A stretch of DNA of 63,771 nt, filler included, from Candidatus Nanoarchaeia archaeon (lineage in GTDB: Archaea; Nanobdellota; Nanobdellia; Woesearchaeales; DATDTY01): the NCBI GenBank assembly GCA_035290625.1. It is 4 parts of 4 records of this genome, joined end to end, with 100 filler letters (N's around TTAATTAATTAA, not from the genome) between each part and the next. Parts side by side here need not be neighbours in the genome. Positions count along the whole stretch, not along the records: positions 1 to 31,862 come from DATDTY010000075.1; 3 more parts are not named here. One strand, 5' to 3'. Both the position numbers and the translations under genes were made by a program. This document shows positions 1-10,241 of the stretch, in pieces. Numbering within the stretch: the stretch's first letter is position 1; every line of letters begins with the position of its first letter. The notes beneath the pieces were generated by a model that searched no databases, had not been told where the DNA came from, and saw nothing but the letters and a program-made list of their open reading frames with translations.

Positions 1-3
1 TCG

Positions 4-122
4 GGTTGCCGCGAGCTCGGCTCTTGCTGTTTTCAGCTAAGAGCGGCACCTCGCCCGTAAGGGACACCCCCCTCCGCTGCTGATGTCTCGCTTGATTGAG
101 TCTCGCGAAATTGGCGGCAACC
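4..122 (-). repeat. Structured intergenic repeat, copy 1 (GCGG/CCGC subtype)
   Basis: Minus strand reads GGTTGCCGCC-aattt-CGCGAGACT...AGCGGAGGGGGG..CCCTTACGGGCGAGGTGCCGCT...AGCCGAGC-TCGCGGCAACC; closely resembles the copies at 33014, 34167 and 60702. Confidence 0.85.
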
Positions 123-160
123 TCCATTCAGGACAGAGCCCGTCATTGGCTCTCAAGAAA

Positions 161-278
161 GGTTGCCGCCTTTTTTGTGAGGCTTTGAAGCAAGACATTA
201 ACACCGACAAGGGGGTCGTCCCATCGGAGGATATGTCGGTTCACAGCAGAAACAGCGCAGCCGAACCCGGCGGCAACC
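161..278 (+). repeat. Structured intergenic repeat, copy 2
   Basis: GGTTGCCGCC/GGCGGCAACC closing stem; GT-GA-GGCT/AGCC-GA-AC; ACCGACA/TGTCGGT. Confidence 0.9.
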
Positions 279-419
279 CGGGCGAGCCATCACCAAAATC
301 CTAACAAGTTGGTAACAAGCTTGCTTAACACGCCCTTGCCAGTTTGGCCATGGCTCCAGTTTCTGCTCAGCCAACAGCTTCCCGCAAGCCTTAAAAAGCT
401 CCGCCGCCTCTCGCAGAGT

Positions 420-1304
420 ATGGAAGACATCGCCAAATGGAGAAAGGCTGGCAGGATTGCAGCCGAGATCCGCGAATACGGAAAAAAGCAGATTAAGAAA
501 GGAGAGTCTCTCCTCGAAACCACAAAGAGGATTGAGGAGAAGGTTGCAGCCTCGGGAGCGCAGCTCGCATTCCCTGTCCAGATGAGCTGCAATGAAATTG
601 CTGCGCATTACTATCCAGGCTTTGACGACAAACAGGTATTTGCAGGCCAGCTTGTCTGCCTTGATGTTGGCACCCATATTGACGGCTGCATCGGAGACAC
701 TGCTGTAACTGTTGACCTCAGCGGCAAGTACTCAGACCTGATTAAAGCAGCGGAAAAGGCTCTCACTGATAGCCTTAGGATTGTTAAGCCGGGTGTTAAG
801 CTCACGGAGATCGGCAAAGCCATCCAAGATGCCATCACAGGAATGGGATTTCAGCCGATCAGAAACCTTTCAGGCCATGGCTTGGCAGAATACCAGATTC
901 ACACGCATCCAACAGTTCCGAATTACAACAACGGAGATCAGGAATCACTGCAAGAAGGCCAGATCATTGCCGTCGAGCCTTTTGCAACAACAGGCTCAGG
1001 CCTTATCCATGAGAAGGGGTTTCCCAACCTCTTCATGATCAGCCAGCCAAAAAACGTGCGCCTCGGCTTTGTGCGGGATATCCAGGCTAAAATCCAGACT
1101 TGGAATGGCTTGCCGTTTGCAAAGAACTGGCTCCTCAGCAAGTGGTCAGAGGCGCAGGTGAACTTTGCGTTAAAGCAATTTAAAGAACTTGGCATCCTCC
1201 AGGAATTTCCACCCCTTGTCGAGCGCTCCGGAGGCATGGTGAGCCAGGCTGAGCATACGCTGATTGTTGGAGAAAAAACCGAGATACTGACAAAGGCAGA
1301 TTAA
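420..1304 (+). CDS. map: Methionine aminopeptidase type II
   Basis: AFPVQMSCNEIAAHY, LDVGTHIDGCIGDTA, NLSGHGL, AVEPFAT, SQAEHT; ATG at 420 follows a TTAAAAA box. Confidence 0.95.
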   Translation: MEDIAKWRKAGRIAAEIREYGKKQIKKGESLLETTKRIEEKVAASGAQLAFPVQMSCNEIAAHYYPGFDDKQVFAGQLVCLDVGTHIDGCIGDTAVTVDLSGKYSDLIKAAEKALTDSLRIVKPGVKLTEIGKAIQDAITGMGFQPIRNLSGHGLAEYQIHTHPTVPNYNNGDQESLQEGQIIAVEPFATTGSGLIHEKGFPNLFMISQPKNVRLGFVRDIQAKIQTWNGLPFAKNWLLSKWSEAQVNFALKQFKELGILQEFPPLVERSGGMVSQAEHTLIVGEKTEILTKAD

Positions 1305-1612
1305 TTATTCGCCCCCCTCAGCAAAGCACCGCATCCGGAGTCTATGATCGTTATATTCTCTCTGTACCTCTGAGCTTCGTCTGCATGGCCAGGATCTTGA
1401 AGAATCATCTCCAGCAAGCTCTCATGCATTTCCTTATGAAAGAGGCATCTCTGCATATGGTGGTACAAACGCTCAGCCCGCCTGGCAAGCTTCGGCGGCA
1501 TAAGCTGATAGGGCGTGGAGCAGAGATAGGTAGTTGTAAAGAAGACAAAAGGATCTATCTTCTCTCTTCCCTCACTGATGCAGTTGCTTGCCGAGTATCT
1601 GGATTGCTTCAT
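1301..1612 (-). CDS. Small hypothetical protein (start uncertain)
   Basis: ORF fills the space between the hisS and map ends; no recognised motif. Confidence 0.35.
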   Translation of the reverse strand: MKQSRYSASNCISEGREKIDPFVFFTTTYLCSTPYQLMPPKLARRAERLYHHMQRCLFHKEMHESLLEMILQDPGHADEAQRYRENITIIDSGCGALLRGANN

Positions 1613-2843
1613 TCAGGCTCACCGCCATCTCTTTTCCTGTTGTCATATCTCTGAGCTTGACCTTGCTCTTCCTCACTTCCTCTTCTCCAAGGAAGATCAC
1701 ATACGGGATGCCAAGACTGGACGCATAATTGAGATTCTTGGAAGGCCCTCTTCCAGAAAGGTCGATATCTGCATTAACCCCGTTCTTCCTGAGTTCGCGG
1801 CAGGCGCTAAACGCTGGGTCAAACGCTCCTATCGGTATGACATACACATCAGCAACAGACTTCTTTTCCTTTTTCTCAAGGCAATCATAAATTCTGTCTA
1901 GGCCAAAACTGATTCCGACAGCAGGCACAGCCCCCTTGCCCATAAATGAGCCGATCATTGAATCATATCTCCCGCCGCCGCACACAGAAGAAGTAATCTT
2001 TGAATCCATAAGCACGACCTCAATGATCGTGCCTGTATAATAGCTGATGCCCCGGGCAAGGCTGATGTCAAAATCTGCCCTAACCTTCTGCCCTTCCAGT
2101 ATCGAAAAGACCTCTCTTATTTCTGCCAATCCCTGAGAGCCCGGCAGCATCGCCTGGAGAGTCTCCATCTTATCCTTATTTGGGGATTTCTGCATGTCAA
2201 GAAACTCCTTGATCTTTCCGACGGTCTCTGCTCCGAGCTTCAATTCCTTCCGGACTGCCTCCCAGCCAAGCTTCTCAAGCTTATCGATGCTGAGGATCGT
2301 CTGCTCCATTTTTGCCTCAGGAACCCCGAAGCTTGCCAAAACCTCATTGAGCAGCTTCCTGTTGTTGATGCGTATCACCGCTTTCAATCCAAGCTCCCTG
2401 AATGCAGCATCAGCAAGGCAGATAAGCTCTGCATCAGCAGTAAGCTTGCTGCATCCCACAATATCCGCATCGCACTGGACGAATTCCCTATACCTTCCCA
2501 ATCCCACAGGCCCATCCCTGAATACAGGCCCAATTTGGTAGCGCTTGAACGGCATTTTGAGCTGGGGGTTCATTGCAACAACACGAGCCAAAGGGACAGT
2601 GAGGTCATATCTCAATCCAAGCTCTCTGCCGCCCTGATCCTTGAAGCGGAACGTCTCCTTCAGAATCTCTGCGCCGCCTGCATATTTAGAAGCCAGTACA
2701 TCCCAGCGCTCGGTTATCGGAGTCTCAAGAGGAGCAAAGCCATACCGCTCAAAAAGCGCTGTCAGTAGCCTTATGATCCCATTCCGCGCAATCTGCTCTT
2801 GGGGAAGGAAATCTCTCGTCCCCTTGCTTCGCTCAGGTTTCAT
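1572..2843 (-). CDS. hisS: Histidine-tRNA ligase
   Basis: KGTRDFLP, LRYDLTVPLAR, GRYREFVQCDADIVG, LARGISYYTG, GGGRYD, AVGISFGLDR. Confidence 0.97.
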   Translation of the reverse strand: MKPERSKGTRDFLPQEQIARNGIIRLLTALFERYGFAPLETPITERWDVLASKYAGGAEILKETFRFKDQGGRELGLRYDLTVPLARVVAMNPQLKMPFKRYQIGPVFRDGPVGLGRYREFVQCDADIVGCSKLTADAELICLADAAFRELGLKAVIRINNRKLLNEVLASFGVPEAKMEQTILSIDKLEKLGWEAVRKELKLGAETVGKIKEFLDMQKSPNKDKMETLQAMLPGSQGLAEIREVFSILEGQKVRADFDISLARGISYYTGTIIEVVLMDSKITSSVCGGGRYDSMIGSFMGKGAVPAVGISFGLDRIYDCLEKKEKKSVADVYVIPIGAFDPAFSACRELRKNGVNADIDLSGRGPSKNLNYASSLGIPYVIFLGEEEVRKSKVKLRDMTTGKEMAVSLNEAIQILGKQLHQ

Positions 2844-2891
2844 AGAAGAAGTTATACTGAATGCGGTTTAAATATGTTTTCTTTCCATTCT

Positions 2892-3419
2892 CTAATGATT
2901 ACCGACATCTGCAAATAACACTAGGAGGAGGCCGGTAATATTAACGAGTATTGAGAGATAGGTCATCCATCCGAATCTAGGATTCAGTTCGTTTATCCTA
3001 TCAGCAATGACGTTTTGTTGCTTTCTACTAACTTCAGCGTATTCATTATTGACCTTCTCTAATTCTTTGAAATTCATCTCCGATAAGTCTGAAATAAATT
3101 GCATAGGAGGATCTTTGTGATAGACCATCCTATATCTATGAATGATAGACCGTCTTAAATCGTTATTAGCTTCGTTCTTATACTGCTCTATTTTTGGACT
3201 GAGGGAGGTTATTTCTTGAATTAGACTAGCCATATCTAGATTAGTCTGCGCACTATTTTGAAGTCTTATATTTTGCTCCCAATTTGAGAACCATATCTCT
3301 TCTTGTCCATGCCAATATTCAATCTCCGAATAAGTATAAAAGCCATACGAAGAGAGAGTAATAGACAAGATGATGAGCAAAGATCCAGCAACGAAGAAAC
3401 TCTTTCTCTTACATGCCAT
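2892..3419 (-). CDS. Hypothetical two-TM membrane protein, AT-rich
   Basis: Hydrophobic N- and C-terminal helices; TTATAAA box upstream. Confidence 0.7.
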   Translation of the reverse strand: MACKRKSFFVAGSLLIILSITLSSYGFYTYSEIEYWHGQEEIWFSNWEQNIRLQNSAQTNLDMASLIQEITSLSPKIEQYKNEANNDLRRSIIHRYRMVYHKDPPMQFISDLSEMNFKELEKVNNEYAEVSRKQQNVIADRINELNPRFGWMTYLSILVNITGLLLVLFADVGNH

Positions 3420-3624
3420 AACTAGTAATTAAGAGAATGCTCATTTATAACTCTTTTCAAAATTCTAGATGCAACTATCAATTATAACTAAGGCATATGC
3501 CAGCGAAACCATTATAACGAATGCTGCATTCAAGAACCGCATGACAGGCAAATTTACAGTGATCATCGAACAAGATAATAAAACACGATCTTCGGATAGA
3601 CAGGGATGAATTCTTAAATCAAAT

Positions 3625-4206
3625 CTAAACCCGGCTCTTATACCTCCCCCGCCTCTCAACGATCTCAAGCCGTTTCTCAACTGTCCTGTCATGATACCCT
3701 TTCAGGACCTCTCTGAAGCATGCCTCCCCTATCGTATGATGCTTTGCCTCCAATGCCTGCCTGAGGAGATGGAGGTCAACAGCTTTGTCTTCTGTTTTCA
3801 AAGAAAAGAAACCCAATCCAAAATCAACAAAATAGGCCTGATCCTTGAGGATGAAATTCGATGTAGTAAGGTCTCCGTGGATGATGTGGTTGTCATGCAG
3901 AATCCTGATCTTGCGTCCAAGTTCCCGCGAGACTTTCCTGTAGTCAGTCTTTTCAAGAATTGAGCTGAGCTTCTTCCCATCAATATACCCCATCACAATC
4001 TTCTCATCATCGGATTCCGCAATTCGCGGGCTTGGAAAATCCAGCTCAGCAAGCTTTTGGAGGATTTTTGCTTCTCTCCTTGTCCGGCTTTTCCTTAGCC
4101 TGCCGTCTATCTCCGGAATCCGATACTCCTTCGGAGCCCGATATTTGATGAGCGATTTTCCATCTTTGTACAGCTTCGCCTCCGCGCCCTGGGCTATAAG
4201 CTTCAT
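3625..4206 (-). CDS. bud32: KEOPS complex kinase Bud32
   Basis: IAQGAEA, LRKSRTRREAK, HGDLTTSN, DFGLG, EDKAVDLHLL, RRGRY. Confidence 0.93.
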   Translation of the reverse strand: MKLIAQGAEAKLYKDGKSLIKYRAPKEYRIPEIDGRLRKSRTRREAKILQKLAELDFPSPRIAESDDEKIVMGYIDGKKLSSILEKTDYRKVSRELGRKIRILHDNHIIHGDLTTSNFILKDQAYFVDFGLGFFSLKTEDKAVDLHLLRQALEAKHHTIGEACFREVLKGYHDRTVEKRLEIVERRGRYKSRV

Positions 4207-4320
4207 GATCTCCAGGTACAATCAATTGTATTTAAAGACTTCGGCAGAAGGGGCTCATTAGAACGTGATGAAGCTCTTTGTAATTAACGTAAGGGCTCTA
4301 TTCGTTTTGGCCGCTCTGCT

Positions 4321-5199
4321 CTAGAACACAGCCTCATCAGGAAATATCTTAATCCCTTCATCACTAATGGTCATCGGGAAAATCTTTGCAGCATGCTTCG
4401 TCGCCCTCATCTTGAAGATCTCCAATGACCTCTCCCTGATATCTCCTTTCCGGATGTTGTAAAGCAGGACAACGGTTCCAACCTCAAATTCAATGACTGT
4501 GCTCTGGTGCTTGTCAGGGTCAGCCTCCTGCTCGGTTGTCATCAAGGCAGTCACCCCCCATTTTGCAGCTGCATCAAACAGCTTGAAAACCGCCTTTCTC
4601 TTCTGGAGGTCATTCTCATGAAGAAGCGTGTATGCTGTCAAAGAGTCAACCACGAGCCGCTTTGCGCCGATAGAATCAATCGTGTCCCTGACTGTGCCGC
4701 CCCCTGCCTGCAGCACTTTCTCTACCTGCTCAGGCGCATAGCTTAAGATGACGAGCTTCTTGTCCTCAATGTACCTCCGGAGATCCCAGGGAAATTCTGC
4801 GAAGTCCTCCAGGATCTGCTGCTCCTGCTGCTCAAAGGAGATAAAAACTCCCGGCTCATTGAACCTCTTGATCCCTTCAACAAGGTATTGCATGCAGAGG
4901 ATGCTTTTTCCTGTCCCAGCCCCTCCTCCTATAAGCACACTTGAATTCTTGATAAATCCGCCCTGCATAGCTTCATCAAGCCCGAGGATCCCTGAAGGAA
5001 CGCGCTTTCCGGCCTGGCCTCGGCTTATGGCTTTGGGCTGAACCCTCTCAAGCGTCCCTTTTTCACGCCTGATCTGCAGTTTGCCTGCTGTAGAAAGCTC
5101 ATGCGTTGGTTCCTTAACTCTCTCAGACTCTTCTCTGAGGATCTGTTTTGTGAAGTGCTCCCTGAGCAGTTCTGTGTTGATGCCCGGCATTTCATCCAT
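4321..5199 (-). CDS. KaiC/RAD55-like RecA-superfamily ATPase (single domain)
   Basis: RVPSGILGLDEAMQGG, Walker A GGAGTGKS, RLVVDSL, RSLEIFKMRATKH. Confidence 0.9.
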   Translation of the reverse strand: MDEMPGINTELLREHFTKQILREESERVKEPTHELSTAGKLQIRREKGTLERVQPKAISRGQAGKRVPSGILGLDEAMQGGFIKNSSVLIGGGAGTGKSILCMQYLVEGIKRFNEPGVFISFEQQEQQILEDFAEFPWDLRRYIEDKKLVILSYAPEQVEKVLQAGGGTVRDTIDSIGAKRLVVDSLTAYTLLHENDLQKRKAVFKLFDAAAKWGVTALMTTEQEADPDKHQSTVIEFEVGTVVLLYNIRKGDIRERSLEIFKMRATKHAAKIFPMTISDEGIKIFPDEAVF

Positions 5200-5281
5200 C
5201 TAATGTGCACGCTCTTTTTAAACCTTATGGGACAGCACTCCGAAGATTTTCACGGAGCCGGCACCAAAGCATCGCTGGATT

Positions 5282-6529
5282 TCAGCCTATCACAAGCTGC
5301 GGCGCACGATTGATCATAAGGGTCACAGTCTGCTTTGCTTCTCTTTTTCCATCTGATGCAGTGATGAACACCTTTTGTTCTCCTGCGTCATCCCACCCAA
5401 CTGTCCCCTCATCGCTGTCCATAAAGCCGCCATACGAAACAGAAACAGTATCCTTGTTAGGATCCGTTGCCTGAACCTCAAGCACGATGGTCTTTGTGTC
5501 ATCTGCGTTGTCCAGGGTCATATCAGCACGGTTTTCCCCAATTGATACACTGGCATCTAAAGGCCTGACTGTGATGCTGATGCTCTCGATGACTGGCGGC
5601 TGGTTCAGCGGCTCAACAACCACAAAGAATGACTTTGAAGCCTCAAGTGAATTATCTGATGCAACAACCGTCACTCTATACTTCCCTGCATCACCTTCGA
5701 CTGTCCTCCATTCTCCTCTTTCGTTCAGTGGATTTGAATAGCTGATTGTGACTTCGTCATTATCAGGGTCTGCTGCTACTGCAGCTACCACAACAGTCTC
5801 GCCTTCTGTCAGTATGATATCCTGCAGAGACTCCAGTATTGGAGCCCGGTTCACATCAAGCACAGCGATCTCCACATTCTGGGTTGCAGTTGCTTTTCCA
5901 TCGCTTGCCGAAATCGTTACTGAGTATTTTCCTGCATCCTTGAACGTCGTCTTATACTCGCTGCCCGTCATGAATCCTCCATAGCTGATGCTGACCTCAT
6001 CCCCATCCTCATCGCTCACTTCAGGAGCCAGAGTGATGGTCTCGCCCTCGCTTACAGTTATCGGGCTGATTGCCGCTATCACAGGCGCATGGTTCTTGGA
6101 CTCAACGACGACAAGAAGTTCTTTTGTCACAGACGTTTTTGAATCTGACACAGTTATGGTTACAGGATAAGAGCCCGCATCCCCTTCCTTTGTTTGCCAT
6201 TCTCCTTTCTCATTAAGCGGTTTGCTGAAGGTGATGGTTAAAGGATCTCCATCTGGATCAGTTGCCTTGAAATCAACCTTGACAAGATCCCCTTCTGTAA
6301 ATGTCATGCTTTGCCCGCTTGGCTGAGGAACCTCGTCGGTCTTCTGGGTGATCTCCTCGATTTTCGGCACTTCATCTTCCGGAATCACCATCGCCGGCTC
6401 AACAGGCTCTGCCTTGATGTCTTCAGGATTGATCACAGTGAAAGGCCCCTGGCTTGGAGCGCAGGCAGCAAGACTAATAATCATAAGGATGAGAATCCAA
6501 CGTAAGTCACGCAAATGCAATGCAAACAA
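5282..6529 (-). CDS. Secreted lipoprotein with tandem Ig/PKD-like repeats
   Basis: Signal peptide ending LAAC (lipobox); repeated DPDGD-x-TISY and NxAP motifs; GGAGGTG SD before a TTG start (start approximate). Confidence 0.8.
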   Translation of the reverse strand: MFALHLRDLRWILILMIISLAACAPSQGPFTVINPEDIKAEPVEPAMVIPEDEVPKIEEITQKTDEVPQPSGQSMTFTEGDLVKVDFKATDPDGDPLTITFSKPLNEKGEWQTKEGDAGSYPVTITVSDSKTSVTKELLVVVESKNHAPVIAAISPITVSEGETITLAPEVSDEDGDEVSISYGGFMTGSEYKTTFKDAGKYSVTISASDGKATATQNVEIAVLDVNRAPILESLQDIILTEGETVVVAAVAADPDNDEVTISYSNPLNERGEWRTVEGDAGKYRVTVVASDNSLEASKSFFVVVEPLNQPPVIESISITVRPLDASVSIGENRADMTLDNADDTKTIVLEVQATDPNKDTVSVSYGGFMDSDEGTVGWDDAGEQKVFITASDGKREAKQTVTLMINRAPQLVIG

Positions 6530-6572
6530 CAAACCCACCTCCGTTTTGTTGTTATTCTCTAATACTAAACTA

Positions 6573-7262
6573 TTATTTAAATCTTCTGGTGGCACTTACC
6601 CCTGTTTTTACTCCTTTAGTTTGATGAATGAGTGGCTGGGCATACAACAAAAACCATGCCATGATCCCCATAGCCATCATGATAAGGACATATGTGGCCA
6701 CTGCTTCTTTTGCGAAATCAATAAAAAACTGCTGCGGAAAGAGCCGGATCAGCAGGCTGTCCTGTGGAAAGACCCATGTGCCATCCAGGAAAAAGACCTG
6801 ATGCATGCCTGCAAAAGACATCTGGAAAAACCCCATGCCTGCAAGGAGCATAAGGAGGATTCCGGCAGAAGCAATCCCGGCAGCAAACAGCACACTCCTG
6901 AAGCATCTTAACATATACGGGCCATACCCTCTGATCCTAAGGAGGATCGCTACAGCAACCAACAAGCCAAGAAGAGCCAGGCTCTGGAATGCAACATGGG
7001 CCCTGCCAAGGACTTCCTTGACATCCTTAATATGCTCTTCTTCTTCAGGCGATAATGGGAGGCTGTGTTGCTTTCCGCTCCCGTAGAACTCAAGCAATTC
7101 CTGGATATGCCTGTCTGCATCAGGAACAGGGGCATAAGCATCGTAGGAACTGAATTCATCCTGGTAAAATGAGGTATCATATAAAACGTGCTCAAAGCTG
7201 AAGAACAGAGTAAGCAATGGGATCAGGGCTCCGAGCAGAGATGCTAGTATCAAGGTTCGCAT
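6573..7262 (-). CDS. Integral membrane protein, DUF1461/TIGR01906-like
   Basis: EEEHIKDVK, FAGMHQVFF..TWVFPQDSLLIRLFPQQFF. Confidence 0.8.
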   Translation of the reverse strand: MRTLILASLLGALIPLLTLFFSFEHVLYDTSFYQDEFSSYDAYAPVPDADRHIQELLEFYGSGKQHSLPLSPEEEEHIKDVKEVLGRAHVAFQSLALLGLLVAVAILLRIRGYGPYMLRCFRSVLFAAGIASAGILLMLLAGMGFFQMSFAGMHQVFFLDGTWVFPQDSLLIRLFPQQFFIDFAKEAVATYVLIMMAMGIMAWFLLYAQPLIHQTKGVKTGVSATRRFK

Positions 7263-7306
7263 GCTTCCTAGATAATCGCCAGGTTTATAATGGATATGGT
7301 TTTCCG

Positions 7307-7472
7307 GGCTCCATCCAAAAAATGAAGGTTGCCATCAATTTGCGAGGCTCTGAACTCAGATCAGTACACCGACAAAGGGGAGGCTCCATCCGGGAAATGT
7401 CGGTTGTCTCCCTTAATTGCGCAGCCGACCTGGATGGCAACCCGACTGAAAGGAGGTTTTTTGGATGGAGCC
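7307..7472 (+). repeat. Structured intergenic repeat, copy 3 (outer GGCTCCATCCAAAAAA inverted repeat)
   Basis: 16-bp outer IR; GGTTGCCATC/GATGGCAACC; GA-GGCT/AGCC-GA; ACCGACA/TGTCGGT. Confidence 0.9.
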
Positions 7473-7488
7473 GATTTTCCAGCAGCCC

Positions 7489-7899
7489 ATGAAAGTCCTG
7501 ATCTTTGGAACATTTGACCACCTGCATCCTGGCCATGAGTACGTATTCAGAGAAGCCGCAAAGCATGGCAGGGTGGTTGCAGTTGTAGCAAGGGATGAAA
7601 CCGTGAAGAGAGTCAAAGGCATCTTCCCTCACCATTCAGAACAGGACAGGTTAAGGCAGGTTTCCAAATATGTCGATGCAGTTCTTGGCCATCATGGCTC
7701 AAAGATGAAGGTGATTGAGGAGCAAAAGCCGGATATCATTTGCTTAGGCTATGACCAGGAGGCTTTTGTGGATGAGCTTAAAGCATTTATTGCTGAGAAA
7801 AAGCTGAAGATGCCTATAGTCAGGCTCAAGCCTTATAAGCCGGAGATTTACAAGGGGAGACTCCTCCAAAAGCAGGATAGTAAAGGCCGCCAAGCCTGA
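7489..7899 (+). CDS. ribL: Archaeal FAD synthase (cytidylyltransferase family)
   Basis: FGTFDHLHPGH, VVARDETV, KPDIICLGYDQ. Confidence 0.85.
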   Translation: MKVLIFGTFDHLHPGHEYVFREAAKHGRVVAVVARDETVKRVKGIFPHHSEQDRLRQVSKYVDAVLGHHGSKMKVIEEQKPDIICLGYDQEAFVDELKAFIAEKKLKMPIVRLKPYKPEIYKGRLLQKQDSKGRQA

Positions 7900-8221
7900 T
7901 ATCCAGATGGTCAACCTCGTGATCCAAAACTATAGCAATAAGCGATACTCCCCGCCTATGAGTGTCCCGTAGCATTGCAGTTACACTGTCCTTAACCGAA
8001 TCAAACCGGTTGGCAGGGTCGGAATAAGGTTTAAGGCTCTTTTCTTGGGAAGGCATAACATAATATCCATTAGTATTGAGCTCGATAATCAATGAACCCT
8101 TTTTGGCATCCCCGAAAACCCTGTTGATATGCTCATAAGCCTCCAGCGGAGGTTCATCCGGATCTCCATCTTGGAGAGTCAGCACCCGAAAATTGCCAAT
8201 ACCAAAAGTCTCAATGCGCAT
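7826..8221 (-). CDS. Hypothetical protein
   Basis: 131-aa ORF with a TTTATAAAA box about 25 nt upstream. Confidence 0.55.
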   Translation of the reverse strand: MRIETFGIGNFRVLTLQDGDPDEPPLEAYEHINRVFGDAKKGSLIIELNTNGYYVMPSQEKSLKPYSDPANRFDSVKDSVTAMLRDTHRRGVSLIAIVLDHEVDHLDIRLGGLYYPAFGGVSPCKSPAYKA

Positions 8222-8295
8222 TTCTCGCTGAAATAAGGGTTATTTTATAAAAGTATTGGAATTGTTCGTATCTGCATCTATAAGCCGTGCCTTCC

Positions 8296-8515
8296 GGTGC
8301 CATTGAAAAGTCATGCAATGCCCTTTGTGAGCCTTCTATTCAAAACACAGAACAGCGACAAAGGGGGTGCTCAACCAAAACGCCTTCTGGCGGTTTGGTG
8401 TGCCAAAAGAGCATGGCTCTTTTTAGCACCATACGGGAAATGTCGCTTCCCATGAAGCTATGAAGGAGGCGAACCTGGCATTGCCGAACGAAGTGAGCAA
8501 CTTTTCAATGCCACC
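8296..8515 (+). repeat. Structured intergenic repeat, copy 4 (CATTGAAAAG subtype with central insert)
   Basis: CATTGAAAAGT/ACTTTTCAATG outer IR; GCAATGCC/GGCATTGC; GT-GA-GCCT/AGGC-GA-AC; AGCGACA/TGTCGCT; core near-identical to the 14953 copy. Confidence 0.92.
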
Positions 8516-8584
8516 CGCCTTCCACAACCTTTTTAAATAGTTTTCAATTCCCTTTTCCAGGAAAAAACACTTTAGGAGGTTTTT

Positions 8585-10210
8585 ATGGCAAATCAGATAC
8601 AACCGATCTTTATCCTTCCTGAGGGAAGCCAGCGGAGCACAGGCAGGTCTGCCCAGAAAAACAATATCATGGCTGCAAAGCTTGTTGCAGAGACTGTCAG
8701 GACAACCTTAGGCCCAAAAGGCATGGACAAGATGCTTGTTGATTCTTTGGGGGACGTTGTTGTAACGAATGACGGGGTTACGATTCTTGAAGAGATGTCT
8801 ATCGAGCATCCTGCTGCCAAGATGCTTGTTGAGATCGCCAAGACACAGGAAAATGAGATCGGAGACGGAACAACCACAGCTGTGGTCATTGCAGGAGAGC
8901 TTTTGAAGAAGGCTGAAGATCTTCTTGAGAGCAATGTCCATCCTACAGTGATTGCACGAGGCTACCGCCTAGCTGCAGAAAAGGCGCTCCAGGCTTTAGA
9001 GTCCATTGCAGAGCCGGTCTCAGAGGCAGATACGAGGATACTCAAGCTGATTGCAGAAACTGCTATGACAGGAAAAGGCGCAGAGGGGGCCCGTGATAAG
9101 CTTTCAGACATCGCAGTTAAGGCAGTTCTTAGCGTTCTTGAAAAACAGGCTGGAGATCTTGCTATTGATAAAGAAAACATCAAGATTGAGAAAAAAGTAG
9201 GGGGTTCGCTCCATGATGCAGAGCTTGTGCAGGGCATCATCCTTGACAAGGAACGGGTCCATTCAGGCATGCCCCGGCAAGTCAGGAATGCAAAGATTGC
9301 GCTGCTTGACCTTGCTATCGAGATCAAGAACACAGAGATTGACGCAAAGATACAGATCAACGATCCAAGCCAGATGCAGGCGTTTCTTGACCAGGAGGAA
9401 AAGATCCTCAGGAACATGGTCGATAAGGTGCTGAAGACAGGCGCAAATGTCGTGTTCTGCCAAAAAGGCATCGATGACCTTGCCCAGCACTACTTTGCAA
9501 AAGCAGGAGTCTATGCTGCAAGGAGGATCAAGAAGTCGGATATGGAAGCGCTGGCCAGGGCGACCGGAGCAAAGATCGGCTCCAACCTTGATGACCTCAG
9601 CTCTTCGGATCTCGGAAAAGCAGGGATTGTTGAAGAGATCAGGATCGGCGATGAGGATATGACCTATGTGCGGGAATGCAAGAATCCAAAATCCGTTACC
9701 GTCCTTGTGAGAGGGGGGACAGATCATGTTGTTGATGAGATGAAGCGGGCTGTGACAGACGCAATTGGCGACATTATTGCTGCCCTGAAGGTTGGGAAAG
9801 TCGTTGCAGGAGCAGGAGCCCCTGAATTGGAGGTTGCAAAGGAGCTCTTCAAGTACGCAGACTCGCTTTCCGGAAGAGAGCAGCTTGCAGTCCGCGCCTT
9901 TGCAGAATCCCTGGAAGTCATTCCAAGGACGCTTGCAGAGAACGCAGGCCTTGATCCCATAGATGTCATGACCGAGCTTAAATCAGCCCATGACAAAAAG
10001 CAGAAGTGGGCAGGCATTGATGTCTATACGGGCAAGGTGATGGATGCATGGAAGAAAGGAGTCATTGAGCCGCTCAAGATCAAGACACAGGCGATCAGCT
10101 CAGCCTCAGAGGTTGCCATCATGATCCTCAGGATCGATGACGTGATCTCCTCAGGCTCAAAAGACAGCGGCCCGCCAGCTATGCCTCCGGGCGGGATGCC
10201 TGAATATTGA
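8585..10210 (+). CDS. ths: Thermosome (group II chaperonin) subunit
   Basis: [33 protein letters not shown]. Confidence 0.98.
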   Translation: MANQIQPIFILPEGSQRSTGRSAQKNNIMAAKLVAETVRTTLGPKGMDKMLVDSLGDVVVTNDGVTILEEMSIEHPAAKMLVEIAKTQENEIGDGTTTAVVIAGELLKKAEDLLESNVHPTVIARGYRLAAEKALQALESIAEPVSEADTRILKLIAETAMTGKGAEGARDKLSDIAVKAVLSVLEKQAGDLAIDKENIKIEKKVGGSLHDAELVQGIILDKERVHSGMPRQVRNAKIALLDLAIEIKNTEIDAKIQINDPSQMQAFLDQEEKILRNMVDKVLKTGANVVFCQKGIDDLAQHYFAKAGVYAARRIKKSDMEALARATGAKIGSNLDDLSSSDLGKAGIVEEIRIGDEDMTYVRECKNPKSVTVLVRGGTDHVVDEMKRAVTDAIGDIIAALKVGKVVAGAGAPELEVAKELFKYADSLSGREQLAVRAFAESLEVIPRTLAENAGLDPIDVMTELKSAHDKKQKWAGIDVYTGKVMDAWKKGVIEPLKIKTQAISSASEVAIMILRIDDVISSGSKDSGPPAMPPGGMPEY

Positions 10211-10241
10211 TGCTCAGTGCTCCTAAACGCAAACCAGAGTT

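Noticed and set aside
4321..5199. Circadian clock KaiC
   Set aside because: Single-domain KaiC-like ATPases are widespread in archaea; no kaiA or kaiB present.
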